Below, one piece after another: positions 1-10,357 of a DNA stretch of 64,000 nt. The position numbers were made by a program, and so were the translations under genes. Under the pieces are notes generated by a model. That model saw nothing but the letters and a program-made list of their open reading frames with translations, searched no databases and was not told the origin of the DNA. Source of the DNA: Gammaproteobacteria bacterium (lineage in GTDB: Bacteria > Pseudomonadota > Gammaproteobacteria > SZUA-229); contig JAGXGK010000015.1 in assembly GCA_024636785.1 (NCBI GenBank), positions 136,900-200,899 on the forward strand. The letters are read 5' to 3'. The number at the start of each line of letters is the position of its first letter. Within the stretch, counting starts at the first letter, position 1.

Positions 1-724
1 GCGAGCCGCCAAGGGCCATGATATCGATCCCGCAAAGCTCAATTATAAATCCGGCGATCACTATCTGGCAGCGGCTTCGGGACGGAGTAATCAGATGGCG
101 GTGTTCCTTGACTCCACTGGACGCGCCTACACCTTGCCGGCTCACAAACTGCCCTCAGCGCGCGGTCAGGGTGATCCCCTCAGCAGCTATTTCACGCCGC
201 CGGCCGGTGCCAATTTTGTTTCTGTAATCATGGGGCACGCCGATGATCTTTATCTGCTGTGTAGTTCCTTCGGTTATGGTTTTGTCACCAAAATGGCGGA
301 TTTACAATCGCGGACAAAATCGGGCAAGGCCGTGCTTAATGTCGCCAAAGGCGCGAAAGTGTTGCCACCGGTTAAAGTGCGAAATCTCGAAAACGAGCAG
401 ATTGTAGTGGTGAGTTCGGAAGGTCACCTGCTGGTCACGCCGCTGGCACAGCTGCCGCAAATGGCACGTGGTAAGGGCAATAAGATCATCAATATTCCGA
501 GCAAGAAACTCAGTGCTGGTGAAGAGGCGGTGGTTGCCGCCACCCTGCTGCGCCCCGATGAAAAGCTGGTGGTGCACTCGGGCAAAAAATATAAAACCAT
601 GAAACCCTCGGAGATTGAGATTTATTCAGGTGAACGCGGGCGACGCGGACTTAAGTTACCTCAGGGCTACAGGAATGTGGAGTCGTTGGTGGTTGAATAT
701 AAAGTAGTGAAAGAAGAGGACTGA
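1..724 (+). CDS. parC: DNA topoisomerase IV subunit A, C-terminal part (5' end outside window)
   Basis: Frame open from position 2 (RAAKGHDIDP...KSGD...GRSNQMAVFLDSTGRAY...LPSARGQGDP), beta-pinwheel CTD repeats typical of ParC. Confidence 0.93.
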   Translation, partial: RAAKGHDIDPAKLNYKSGDHYLAAASGRSNQMAVFLDSTGRAYTLPAHKLPSARGQGDPLSSYFTPPAGANFVSVIMGHADDLYLLCSSFGYGFVTKMADLQSRTKSGKAVLNVAKGAKVLPPVKVRNLENEQIVVVSSEGHLLVTPLAQLPQMARGKGNKIINIPSKKLSAGEEAVVAATLLRPDEKLVVHSGKKYKTMKPSEIEIYSGERGRRGLKLPQGYRNVESLVVEYKVVKEED

Positions 725-727
725 GCT

Positions 728-2818
728 TCATCCCCCCATATCGGTAAAGTCATAATTCATGACAGGTGAGGGTTCCTGCAAAAAGTACCCCTGAATAAAA
801 TTGACGTTCATGCCCCATAGTATCGACAGGCTGCCTGCATCAGGTACGAACTGGGTGATGGTTAATTTGCCGCGTTCAGTGGCCTGGGCCGTGATGCGCT
901 GTATAGCCTTCTGGTTCTGTTCGCTTTCAGTCAGGTTGTCCATAAAACTTCTATCAAGACGAATATAATCAACATCTATATGGTCGAGCAGCTGAAATGG
1001 GTTCGCACCGGTACCAAAGTCGTCCAGCACGAAACCACAGTTGATTTTCCGGAGATTTTCAGACATGGCTTTGGTGTATTTTAGGTTGGTCACGGCGGCG
1101 GCTTCCTTTACTTCGAAAACAAGACAGTCAGCGGGTAATTTTTTCTCCTTGATCTGGTAGTCCAGCCAGGCGATGAGAGTGTCATCTTTCAGTGAAGGGG
1201 CTGAAAGCTTGATGAAAAAACGGGTGCGGCTGCCTTTTTTCCAGCGCTCAGACAATACCTGGATAGTGCGTGTCAGTACCCAGCGATCAATGGCGATGGC
1301 CATGCCGATGCGTTCTGCAGCAGGAAAAAAGTCCTGAGGCATAATTAGAGTGCCGTCCTCACCTTTCAGGCGTACGAAAACTTCATAGCGCTCGTCAGTA
1401 TCACCATGAAGGCTGACTATGGGCTGGTAGTAGAGAACGAACCTGTTATGCATTATCGCATTAGTTAGTTGTCCCTTGAATTTCGAATCGGCCTCGTGCC
1501 GGGTTAACTCACCCTCTTTCGGAACGTAAAGACTGATCTGATTCGTGCCGTTGGCAGCGGCTTCATTAGAAGCTTTTTCTACGCGCGCTAAAACTTCATT
1601 GCAATCCGGAGAATTTCTGTTGATAAGAACAATGCCGGCACTGCAGGTAGTATTGACAGTTGCATCTTTAATCTGAACTTCGTATTCACTGAGCTTTGCC
1701 AGAATTTCTTTTGCATACTTCTCGATGAATTCCTTGTCGCTTCCACGCCTGAGGATAGTGAAGCTGGCATGAGTGTAACGCGATAAAATATCATTTTCAT
1801 GTGTGCATTCGGCAAGGGCTTTGGCGATGCCAACGATGTAATGGTCTACCCCGACAACGCCGACTTCATTTTTAATACTGTCAAAGTTATCGAGGTGTAT
1901 CTCCATAATGGCAGCGATATTGTCATTGCCCTCGCATTCACTAATGATAGTTTCTACTTCCTCCAGACAATGCTGGCGATTGTATAATCCGGTCAGCTGA
2001 TCCTTCTGGCTGAGGAGTTTTAACTGGCGCTCAAGCTCTTCAGTATTGACATCTTCTTTGCGAATAACGATTTGTATGCAGGGCTCGCCATCAATGCGTG
2101 CTGCCGAGAATTCCATTTCACCATCAAATTCCTTGCCATCGGGTTTGTGCAGGCGGGTAACCAGTTTTTTGAGGCCGCTATTTGTTTTCATATATTCGCG
2201 CAAAAAGGCCTTAAAATCATCGCGACTGCTAGTTGCCACCATATCAAGTATAGGGATACCTTCGAGATCGTCAGACTGACCAATGTCGAACAATTCCAGA
2301 TAGGAGGCATTTGAATAGACATGCATGCCTTCATGGATATAGGCAATGGCGTCTCGCGAGCTGTCGAGTAGTGAGTTACAACGCAGTTCAGACTCGTCCA
2401 GAACTTTTTGCAGTTCCAGATTTTTCTTCCAGTTACGATAGGCACGCACTTCGCGATGTATAACCTGAGCAAGATGTTTCATGTTCTGGTAGGAAGAGAG
2501 GTCCATGGCGCCGGCACTGATGACATCCGTTATAGCAGTAGTTGCTTCGTTTTTATCCACCGCAATAACTGGAATAAGTGCATTGTCGGTATTTTCCTGT
2601 ATTATTTTGCAGGTCTGCTCCAGACTGATTAACTCCATGCCCTGTGAATACAGCACCAGATCAGGATGACGTGATTTAATGGCGTCTATCAGGTCTTCAT
2701 CATCTTCCACCCGCGATGAACGTGTGGCGTAACCCAGTGCTCTGAGTGTGCTGATAACTTTTTCTTCGGTGTCGAAGGAGTCATCGACAATAATCAGATT
2801 AATGGTTTTTTCAGCCAT
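728..2818 (-). CDS. fimX: FimX-like REC-PAS-degenerate GGDEF-EAL c-di-GMP receptor
   Basis: 696 aa; degenerate REC, PAS (LLDSSRDAIAYIHEGMHVYSN), GGDEF position reads THASF, EAL reads EVF, DDFG present, AEGVE-equivalent is TQFVP; adjacent to fimW-like gene. Confidence 0.8.
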   Translation of the reverse strand: MAEKTINLIIVDDSFDTEEKVISTLRALGYATRSSRVEDDEDLIDAIKSRHPDLVLYSQGMELISLEQTCKIIQENTDNALIPVIAVDKNEATTAITDVISAGAMDLSSYQNMKHLAQVIHREVRAYRNWKKNLELQKVLDESELRCNSLLDSSRDAIAYIHEGMHVYSNASYLELFDIGQSDDLEGIPILDMVATSSRDDFKAFLREYMKTNSGLKKLVTRLHKPDGKEFDGEMEFSAARIDGEPCIQIVIRKEDVNTEELERQLKLLSQKDQLTGLYNRQHCLEEVETIISECEGNDNIAAIMEIHLDNFDSIKNEVGVVGVDHYIVGIAKALAECTHENDILSRYTHASFTILRRGSDKEFIEKYAKEILAKLSEYEVQIKDATVNTTCSAGIVLINRNSPDCNEVLARVEKASNEAAANGTNQISLYVPKEGELTRHEADSKFKGQLTNAIMHNRFVLYYQPIVSLHGDTDERYEVFVRLKGEDGTLIMPQDFFPAAERIGMAIAIDRWVLTRTIQVLSERWKKGSRTRFFIKLSAPSLKDDTLIAWLDYQIKEKKLPADCLVFEVKEAAAVTNLKYTKAMSENLRKINCGFVLDDFGTGANPFQLLDHIDVDYIRLDRSFMDNLTESEQNQKAIQRITAQATERGKLTITQFVPDAGSLSILWGMNVNFIQGYFLQEPSPVMNYDFTDMGG

Positions 2819-2881
2819 TGTTTATTATGATCCAATAAATGCCCGCGCATTAAATAACCCGGGTGAGTTGCAGTTTAGTTA

Positions 2882-4699
2882 TTACAGCGAAGACCAGATT
2901 TCGTCGAAGTCGTCCCTTTTTTTGGAGGTTTCTTCCTGTTTTTCGACCTTTTTCTGTTGAACGTGCTGATCCAGATGTGTGAACAGAAATTGTGTGAATA
3001 AGCCGGTATGTTCTTTCCGCTCATTTAGCCTTATTCTTATACTTTGGTCGAAAACCTCTACTTTTATTGTATCACCTGTTTTGAAGGTATGTGCGGGCAA
3101 TATGATTGTCGCAGGTTGATTGAGGGGCTTGATTCCCGGCACCATGAGTGCATCAAAGGGCGGGTCCTGAGGTCGATTGATGCGTTGCACTACCGTGGCA
3201 ACGACCTTGGGTGACAGTATCTGTACGCCTATTTCCAGGCCGTTGGTCACACTGAACTGCATCCAGCGTATGCTGCCTATGCGCCATTCGTTATTCCCAC
3301 GGGCATCCTGTTCGTGGATGGCGATGAGCTCTCCAATCTGGGCTTTGGAGGTGGTTTCCGAATTCCAGCGCAGGCAGTAACCGCCGGCGCTGACATTGGC
3401 CACCTGCCAGTGTAGATCTTCATCTTCCTTGTTCAGTTTGAGCTCTTCGGCAGCCTGCAGGGCTCGTTGGTTATGAAAGGTGTTGGTCATTGCCGTACCC
3501 TTGGCGACCATATCCCAGGCGTCACCGGATGCGTCGTTGGTGGCGGTATGAGTCATATAGGGCGATGAATTGTCATACATGGATTTTGCTTCATCAGGAA
3601 TATGTTCCAGAGTAAAGCCGTCGCCTCTATCGAAGGCGTTATGCACCGATTCGACTGACTCCGGTAAATTTCTTTCCCGAATCATTTCTGTTGCATGTTT
3701 TAGTCCGATAGCAGCAGCGATACCGCCCTGTTTCCCGGTTCTGGAGAATCGGCGTTTAGGCATTACTCCCCATGACAGGGACAGAGCTTTAAGTGTCTCT
3801 ATCGAAAGCTCCTCGCCGATGGTAATGGCATCGTGGTTATCTGAACTGTTGATCTGTTTGCGAATGTTGTCAACAAGCTCGGTGGTCTCCAGGGTAAAAA
3901 GCCGGCTGTCGTTCGCGCAGTCCTGTGGGTTCAGGTAGGACGGGGGCCGGTCTTCTTCAACGCGCGCACAAAAAAAACGGTCAATCTGGTTCTCCTGGGG
4001 ATGTATATCCAGTCTGGTTTGTGCAGCCCACTGATACAGCTTGTTGTAAACGCGTTGACTGTCGCTTTGACGCAGAGCAGTGGGTCGGGAGAGTGAAAAC
4101 AGCAACATTTGTTTATACAGGTCTTCGATGGTGGTTTTTTCACCGGGATGCTCATTGTCCCTGACCATGATTTTATATATTTCCAAATCAACCGCATAAG
4201 CGAACATCTGATGCGCGTCCCGCCAGACATTGGCGGGCACGGAGGCGTATATTTCGCTGGCGCGGAGGAAAAGCTCTGACTGATATTTGATGGCCCGGCT
4301 GATGGCGATGGCCTGAGTTTTGTTATCAATCTTTTCGATTTTATCGGCGGCCTGCTGGATGATGATCTTATAACCCAGTGCCATTTCCTGGAGCATGGCC
4401 TGATTGAGATTGACGATTTTTTTGCTTTTTTCGGGCAACGGAAAGGTGCGATTGACGAAATATTTTTTCAGATTATCAAAGATACCGCGGCAGGGCAGGC
4501 GCAGCATTTCCATAATCTCCAGACGGTGTTTGGCGGGTATTTTTTTACGGTTGAGCTCGCGAATCAGGCCGAAAATCTGTTTGGTCATTTCGCCCATATT
4601 GGCTTGGGGTAAATCGGACAGCCATTTCTTGAGCTTGCGCGGATGAATCGGAAAAGTGCTGTTGCCGATCTCAGTTTGTTCTGGTATGAGTAATTTCAT
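2882..4699 (-). CDS. fimW: FimW-like c-di-GMP-binding protein (PilZ-like C-terminal barrel)
   Basis: 605 aa; RRFSR and NVSAGG motifs (RxxxR / NxSxxG PilZ-type), helical N-terminus, directly upstream of fimX as in Pseudomonas. Confidence 0.7.
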   Translation of the reverse strand: MKLLIPEQTEIGNSTFPIHPRKLKKWLSDLPQANMGEMTKQIFGLIRELNRKKIPAKHRLEIMEMLRLPCRGIFDNLKKYFVNRTFPLPEKSKKIVNLNQAMLQEMALGYKIIIQQAADKIEKIDNKTQAIAISRAIKYQSELFLRASEIYASVPANVWRDAHQMFAYAVDLEIYKIMVRDNEHPGEKTTIEDLYKQMLLFSLSRPTALRQSDSQRVYNKLYQWAAQTRLDIHPQENQIDRFFCARVEEDRPPSYLNPQDCANDSRLFTLETTELVDNIRKQINSSDNHDAITIGEELSIETLKALSLSWGVMPKRRFSRTGKQGGIAAAIGLKHATEMIRERNLPESVESVHNAFDRGDGFTLEHIPDEAKSMYDNSSPYMTHTATNDASGDAWDMVAKGTAMTNTFHNQRALQAAEELKLNKEDEDLHWQVANVSAGGYCLRWNSETTSKAQIGELIAIHEQDARGNNEWRIGSIRWMQFSVTNGLEIGVQILSPKVVATVVQRINRPQDPPFDALMVPGIKPLNQPATIILPAHTFKTGDTIKVEVFDQSIRIRLNERKEHTGLFTQFLFTHLDQHVQQKKVEKQEETSKKRDDFDEIWSSL

Positions 4700-4816
4700 G
4701 ATTTTCTTGTCATTTATTTTTAGTGCATATTATATCGATAGTTACTAGAAGGTATAAGTACGGGTCTGTAAACATACACGGTATTCATCCCTGTTTTCAG
4801 CAAGTCTAGCTCAGAT

Positions 4817-5827
4817 CTAAGAAATTACTGATTTTGAGCAGGTGCCTTTTTCCTCGGCGACCAGCCGGGGAACCAGGTAGCCGGGTAATTTTGAGCGCAT
4901 ATTATCAATGATTCGGCAGGCTTTTTTACGGTTCACATCAAAGTGCATGCCTCCCTGAACCGGATCCAGCAAATGCAGATAGTAGGGCATGACGCCGCAA
5001 TCGTAGAGCCGGTGGCTCAGGGCGATCAGCGTGGCGGCGTCATCATTGATCGCTTTTAGTAAAACGCTCTGGTTTAACAGGGTGATGTTGGCGTTTTGCA
5101 GCGCCTGCAAAGCACGCATTTCATCCGCCGCTAATTCATTGGCGTGGTTAGCATGAATCACCATTGTGATTCGGAAACGCGACGCCTGCATCCAGCCGAG
5201 CAGGGCGGGGGTAATACGCGCAGGCAATACCACAGGTAAACGCGTGTGGATGCGCAGCCATTTAATATGCGCGATGCTTTCCAGATCGCGGCACAGCGAA
5301 GCCAGTTTGTCGTCATCCAGCACCAGCGGGTCGCCACCGCTCAGAATCACTTCATGAATATCAGTCTGCGCTTGCAAATAGGCCAACGTGGCCGGCCATT
5401 GCGATGATAACGCCTGAGCTTCGCTATAGGGAAAGTGGCGGCGGAAACAGTAACGGCAGTGGATGGCACAGGCGGCAGTGCTGATAATCAGGGCGCGACC
5501 GTGATATTTATGCAGCAGCCCGGGCGAGGGCATGGCGTTCAGGTCGCCGACCGGGTCGGCCTCGCCGCTCAGCGCATGTTCGGCCAGAGTTGGCAGAATC
5601 TGTAGCAGCAGCGGGTCGCGGGCATCCCCTTTATTCATCTTGTTGACATAGGCCTGCGGTACGCGCAGTCGAAATTCGGGGTTCAACTCAGTGTGTTCAA
5701 GCAGTAAATGTTCGAGTCCCAGCTGTTGCAGTAGCTCTGCCGGTGACGAAATGGCTTCTGCCAGCTGTCTTTTCCAGTCGCTTTTCAGGGTGGGCGGCAA
5801 AATAGTGTAGAGAGGTTGTGATTGCAT
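4817..5827 (-). CDS. epmB: EF-P beta-lysylation protein EpmB (KamA-family radical SAM)
   Basis: LLHKYHGR, CAIHCRYCFRR radical-SAM motif, SGGDPL, NQSVLLK; divergent from efp. Confidence 0.93.
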   Translation of the reverse strand: MQSQPLYTILPPTLKSDWKRQLAEAISSPAELLQQLGLEHLLLEHTELNPEFRLRVPQAYVNKMNKGDARDPLLLQILPTLAEHALSGEADPVGDLNAMPSPGLLHKYHGRALIISTAACAIHCRYCFRRHFPYSEAQALSSQWPATLAYLQAQTDIHEVILSGGDPLVLDDDKLASLCRDLESIAHIKWLRIHTRLPVVLPARITPALLGWMQASRFRITMVIHANHANELAADEMRALQALQNANITLLNQSVLLKAINDDAATLIALSHRLYDCGVMPYYLHLLDPVQGGMHFDVNRKKACRIIDNMRSKLPGYLVPRLVAEEKGTCSKSVIS

Positions 5828-5895
5828 ATGTGAAAACTGTGCCTATTCAGGGTATTATTGCGCCAACTTAAAACATCCAGCGGCAGCTTAACAAC

Positions 5896-6459
5896 ATGGC
5901 TACATATAGTACAAATCAATTCAAAAACGGGTTAAAGGTGATGGTCGATGGCGATCCGTATACGATTACAGAAAATATTCTGGTGAAGCCGGGTAAGGGG
6001 CAGGCGTTCAACCGCGTCAAATTGAAGAACCTGAAAAGCGGGCGTACGTTAGAGCGCACTTTGAAGGCTACCGAGTCGCTGGAAGGCGCAGATGTGGAAG
6101 AGCGCGATGTTGATTTTTTGTATAGCGACGGTGAAAACTGGCACTTCATGGAACCCGAAACTTTTGAGCAGCATGCCGCTGACAGTGTCGCCGTGGGTGA
6201 TGCGGCCAAATGGCTCAAGGGTCAGGAGCGATGTGTCATGACCTTATGGAATAATGCGCCGCTGACCATTGCTGTGCCAAATTTCGTTGAACTGGCCGTG
6301 GTGCAGACCGATCCTGGCCTGAAGGGTGACACCGCGCAGGGTGGCACCAAACCGTCGACACTGGAAACCGGCACAGAAGTGAAGGTTCCGCTGTTTATCG
6401 AAATCGGCGACATCCTTAAAATCGACACCCGTACCGGTGAGTATGTCTCTCGGGCCTGA
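5896..6459 (+). CDS. efp: translation elongation factor P
   Basis: KPGKGQAF loop, [23 protein letters not shown]. Confidence 0.97.
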   Translation: MATYSTNQFKNGLKVMVDGDPYTITENILVKPGKGQAFNRVKLKNLKSGRTLERTLKATESLEGADVEERDVDFLYSDGENWHFMEPETFEQHAADSVAVGDAAKWLKGQERCVMTLWNNAPLTIAVPNFVELAVVQTDPGLKGDTAQGGTKPSTLETGTEVKVPLFIEIGDILKIDTRTGEYVSRA

Positions 6460-6503
6460 GCATTGATCCCTGATCAATCGTCATCTGATTTTTATTGATT
6501 GAT

Positions 6504-7478
6504 ATGATGATAGAGAAAGAGAACTGGCCTCCGCTGGCCAGTCTGGAGTTGATAAAAACAAGGGCTCGCATGTTGAGAGACATACGGGCCTTTTTTGATG
6601 CCCGTGATGTTCTCGAGGTGGAGACGCCGCTGCTGGCCTCCGCCGGCACCACCGACCCGCACATAGAAAGCCTGCAAACGGTTTTTGCTGAGCAGCGCTA
6701 TTGTCTACAGACCTCGCCCGAGCACGCTATGAAACGGCTGCTGGCCGAACACGGCGCAGCCATATTCCAGATTTGCAAAGTCTTTCGCGATGAGGAGCTG
6801 GGGCCGATGCACAACCCCGAATTTTCCATGCTCGAGTGGTATCGCCCTGGTTTTGATATGCACCCGCTGATGACGGAAGTGGAAGCGCTGGTTACGGCGC
6901 TGGCGGGTGGTCATTTACAGTCGTTTATTCGCCTCAGCTACAGGCAGGCTTTTGAGCAGTACGCCGGGTTGAATCCGCATCAGGCCAGTGCTGGGGATTG
7001 CCGGGAGTGCGCGTTGCAGCGCGGCATCGAGCAGCCGGCAGGGCTGTATGAGCAGAAGGATGAGTGGCTGGACTGGCTGCTGACGCAGCTGATATTTCCC
7101 GCCCTGCCGACCGGCCAGTTCACCTTTATTTACGACTACCCGGCCTCGCAGTGTGCGCTGGCTCGCCTGAAAGAGAATGAGCAGGGCGAGCTTGTGGCCA
7201 GCCGTTTTGAGCTTTTCTACGGTGACACCGAACTGGCCAACGGCTTCCACGAGCTGACACAGGCCGGAGAGCAGCGGCGGCGCTTTGAAGCTGATAACGC
7301 AGCCAGAGCGGCGGATAATAAACCGCAGGTGAAAATCGATGAGTATCTGCTGGCTGCAATGGCGAGTGGCCTGCCGGACTGTTCAGGTGTCGCTCTGGGG
7401 CTGGATCGCCTGCTGATGGCGCTGAACGGAGAGGCTTCAATTGACCGGGTACTGGCGTTTCCCTGGGCACGTATATAG
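6504..7478 (+). CDS. epmA: EF-P lysine aminoacylase EpmA (GenX/PoxA)
   Basis: LEVETP, LQTSPE, HNPEFSMLEWYR, ELANGFHEL, GVALGLDRL; LysRS-like lacking anticodon domain; follows efp. Confidence 0.94.
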   Translation: MMIEKENWPPLASLELIKTRARMLRDIRAFFDARDVLEVETPLLASAGTTDPHIESLQTVFAEQRYCLQTSPEHAMKRLLAEHGAAIFQICKVFRDEELGPMHNPEFSMLEWYRPGFDMHPLMTEVEALVTALAGGHLQSFIRLSYRQAFEQYAGLNPHQASAGDCRECALQRGIEQPAGLYEQKDEWLDWLLTQLIFPALPTGQFTFIYDYPASQCALARLKENEQGELVASRFELFYGDTELANGFHELTQAGEQRRRFEADNAARAADNKPQVKIDEYLLAAMASGLPDCSGVALGLDRLLMALNGEASIDRVLAFPWARI

Positions 7479-7638
7479 GACTTCGGTCGATGGCATGCAT
7501 AATGTAAGGAATCGGGTCAGCCGCTTTAAGCTAATGTATAACGCGACGCCACCGAACGTGGAAGTGCTGGCGACGGCGGCGAAAACAAAACCCTGATCAC
7601 CGGCACGGTGACCGGCAAAACAGTTCAGGAGAACAGAT

Positions 7639-8628
7639 ATGGGCATGCTGATTAACGGCGAGCTGGCTGACAGCTGGCTGGATAAAGAGATTGAAGCCGG
7701 TGAATTTAAACGCATGGAATCCTCCTTTCGCCACTGGGTGACTGCGGATGGCAGTGCCGGATCCAGTGGTGAAGCCGGCTTTAAAGCCGAAGCCGGACGT
7801 TATCATCTGTATGTTTCGGAGGCCTGTCCGTGGGCGCACCGCACCGTGATAATGCGCCGCCTGAAAAAACTGGAATCGGTACTCGGCATCTCCTATGTCG
7901 AAGCCGAGATGCTCGACCACGGCTGGACATTTTCCAGCGAAGGAAAATACCGCGATGTGTTGTTTGGTTATCGCTATGTCTACCAGCTTTATCAGCAGGC
8001 GGATGCCCATTTTACCGGCCAGATTACGGTGCCGATTTTGTGGGACAAAAAACACAACACCATAGTGAATAACGAATCCCCGGAAATCATGCGCATGCTC
8101 AATTCCGCGTTTGCTGCTCTGACGGATGTCGACACCGACTATTATCCCGAAACCCTGCGCACGCAGATCGAGCGCATCAATCAGCCGATTTACGAGCACA
8201 TTAATAACGGCGTCTATCGCTGTGGTTTTGCCACCAGTCAGGGCGCGTATGAAAAAGCCTTTGACCATCTGTTTGGCGAGCTGGATCGCGTGGAAGCGAT
8301 ATTATCCACCCAGCGCTATCTGGTGGGTGATCAGCTCACCGAAGCCGACTGGCGCCTGTTTACCACGCTAGTGCGTTTTGATGCGGTCTATGTCGGCCAT
8401 TTCAAATGCAACTTAAAACGCATCGCGGATTATCCTAACCTGTCGAATTTCCTGAGAGAGCTTTATCAGCTTCCCGGCATCGCCGGGACGGTCGACATCG
8501 ATTATATCAAGCGTCACTATTATTTTAGTCACACCAGCGTCAACCCCAGCCAGATTATCCCCAAAGGACCGGCGCTGAATTTTTCAGCCCCGCACGATCG
8601 AGCCATAAAATTTGCAGGTGCAGCATGA
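7639..8628 (+). CDS. yqjG: glutathionyl-hydroquinone reductase (omega-like GST, YqjG family)
   Basis: RYHLYVSEACPWAHR, TVPILWD, IVNNES, NNGVYRCGFA, LVRFDAVY. Confidence 0.9.
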   Translation: MGMLINGELADSWLDKEIEAGEFKRMESSFRHWVTADGSAGSSGEAGFKAEAGRYHLYVSEACPWAHRTVIMRRLKKLESVLGISYVEAEMLDHGWTFSSEGKYRDVLFGYRYVYQLYQQADAHFTGQITVPILWDKKHNTIVNNESPEIMRMLNSAFAALTDVDTDYYPETLRTQIERINQPIYEHINNGVYRCGFATSQGAYEKAFDHLFGELDRVEAILSTQRYLVGDQLTEADWRLFTTLVRFDAVYVGHFKCNLKRIADYPNLSNFLRELYQLPGIAGTVDIDYIKRHYYFSHTSVNPSQIIPKGPALNFSAPHDRAIKFAGAA

Positions 8629-9353
8629 GCCTGGAATTACACGAAGTCACCACCGTGCCGGAAGGTGACGGCGTAGATGTGAAGCGACTGTTCCCGTTGC
8701 CCGGCTTTATGAATTTTGACCCGTTTGTATTGTGGGATCATTTCAACATCGGGCCGGGACGCGGTTTTCCCGAGCATCCGCACCGTGGTTTTGAAGCCAT
8801 CACCTACATGTTCGATGGTGGCATGAAGCATAAGGATAATCTGGGCAATGAATCCTATGTCAGCACCGGCGGCGCGCAGCGTTTTACCGCAGGCCGGGGT
8901 CTGGTGCATTCTGAAATGCCCGCCGAGACAGGTGAAAGCAACGGCATTCAGCTGTGGATAAATTTGCCGCAGAGGCTGAAAAAAATCGAACCGGATTATC
9001 AGCAGGTCAACGCGGAAGAGTTTCCGGTGATTGCACTGGCCGGCGGTCAGGCCAAAATATTAGTCGGCGAAGACTCCCCGCTGCTGTTAAACACTAAAGT
9101 CATTTATCAGCACCTAACACTAAAAAAAGAGGCGGACTATTCACTGAGACCGGCCCATGGAATGCGCGGCATTATTTATCTCATGCAGGGCGAAATTGAG
9201 GTGAATGGGAATTTGATAAAAGCCGACCAGGCCCTGCTTGTGGAGCACGAAACGATACTCAAATTTAAAGCAACGCAGGACAGCCGGTTTATGATCTGCA
9301 TGGGCGTGCCGCACGGTGAACCTATACGGCAATACGGGCCTTATGTTGATTAA
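8625..9353 (+). CDS. pirin family protein
   Basis: FDPFVLWDHF, HPHRGFE, AGRGLVHSE, QLWINLP; overlaps upstream stop (ATGA). Confidence 0.92.
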   Translation: MSLELHEVTTVPEGDGVDVKRLFPLPGFMNFDPFVLWDHFNIGPGRGFPEHPHRGFEAITYMFDGGMKHKDNLGNESYVSTGGAQRFTAGRGLVHSEMPAETGESNGIQLWINLPQRLKKIEPDYQQVNAEEFPVIALAGGQAKILVGEDSPLLLNTKVIYQHLTLKKEADYSLRPAHGMRGIIYLMQGEIEVNGNLIKADQALLVEHETILKFKATQDSRFMICMGVPHGEPIRQYGPYVD

Positions 9354-9375
9354 AAGATAGTTGGCAGTTAAAAGC

Positions 9376-9620
9376 TTTCACCGCAGAGGCGCAGAGAACG
9401 CAGAGGAAGTACGGAGAAAAGATAAAACGGGTTGCGTAGGATGCTGGTGAGGCACGAACCGCATCGATTGTGGTAGGCAAGGTCAAGTGCTTTTACCGCA
9501 GAGGCGCAGAGAAAATCTTTTTTTGTTTGTGCCTATTTATAACATCCGTGTAATGCATTTAGATTATTAGCCCAACCTCAATGTTTTTCTCTGCGCCCTC
9601 TGCGCCTCTGCAGTGAAAAA
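9376..9620. repeat. inverted CGCAGAG-unit arms enclosing a GTAG-type REP-like palindrome
   Basis: TTTCACCGCAGAGGCGCAGAGAACGCAGAG (9376-9405), second arm 9491-9515, inverse arm CTCTGCGCCCTCTGCGCCTCTGCAGTGAAA ending ~9618; CGTAGGATGCTGGTGAGGCACGAACCGCATCG at 9435-9466. Confidence 0.8.
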
Positions 9621-9625
9621 GATTT

Positions 9626-10357
9626 TCAATTCAACATGTCTAAAAAGTTTAATAACCACGGTAGAATCACCGCTGTGGCGAAGGCTGATAGTGCCATGGC
9701 CAGTGCCGAGAAGGCACCCATTTCCGGGCTTACCTGAAAGGCGCGGGCGGTGCCGATGCCGTGTGCGGATATGCCCATGGCGATGCCTTTCACGCTGTCG
9801 TCCTTGATGCGCATCAGTTCAAAAAGTTTGCTGCCGATGACGGCGCCAATGATGCCGGTGAGCACCACCAGCACGGCGGTGAGTGAGGGCAGACCGCCGA
9901 TCTGTTCGGAGATGCCCATGGCTACCGGCGCGGTTACCGATTTGGGCGCGAGCGATAGCTGGGTCTGTAAACTCGCACCCAGAAACCAGGCGATTCCAAT
10001 CGAGCTGAAAGCGCCGATGAGCGCCCCCGAGATAACGGTAATGGCGACGGGTAAAAACAGTTTTCTTAATTTTGAGCACTGCTGGTAGAGCGGAACGGCC
10101 AGGGCAACGGTGGCGGGGCCGAGCAGGAAATGTACAAACTGGCCGCCCTCGAAATAGGTTTCATACGAGGTGCCGGTGAGTACAAGCAAGATGATTAGCG
10201 CGATCACCGAAGTCAGTACCGGGTTCAACAGCGGATTGGAATGGGCATAAATATAAAGCTGATGGGCCAGGCTGTAGGTCACCAGTGTAATGGTGAGCCC
10301 CAGTAACGGGGTGGTGGATAGATAGACCCAGATTGCGGCCAGGTCCCGTTCAATCAT
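9626..10357 (-). CDS. LrgB/CidB family membrane protein
   Basis: LLGPATVALAVPLY, SLAPKSVTAPVAMG, AHGIGTARA; ATG at 10357 overlaps upstream stop. Confidence 0.92.
   Translation of the reverse strand: MIERDLAAIWVYLSTTPLLGLTITLVTYSLAHQLYIYAHSNPLLNPVLTSVIALIILLVLTGTSYETYFEGGQFVHFLLGPATVALAVPLYQQCSKLRKLFLPVAITVISGALIGAFSSIGIAWFLGASLQTQLSLAPKSVTAPVAMGISEQIGGLPSLTAVLVVLTGIIGAVIGSKLFELMRIKDDSVKGIAMGISAHGIGTARAFQVSPEMGAFSALAMALSAFATAVILPWLLNFLDMLN

Noticed and set aside
6463-6477. FNR-like site TTGAT...ATCAA between efp and epmA
   Set aside because: Spacer is 5 nt (TTGAT-CCCTG-ATCAA), not the canonical 4; more likely a small hairpin
9376-9620. CRISPR array from repeated CACCGCAGAGGCGCAGAG
   Set aside because: Copies are few, inverted and irregularly spaced, with no uniform spacers and no cas genes
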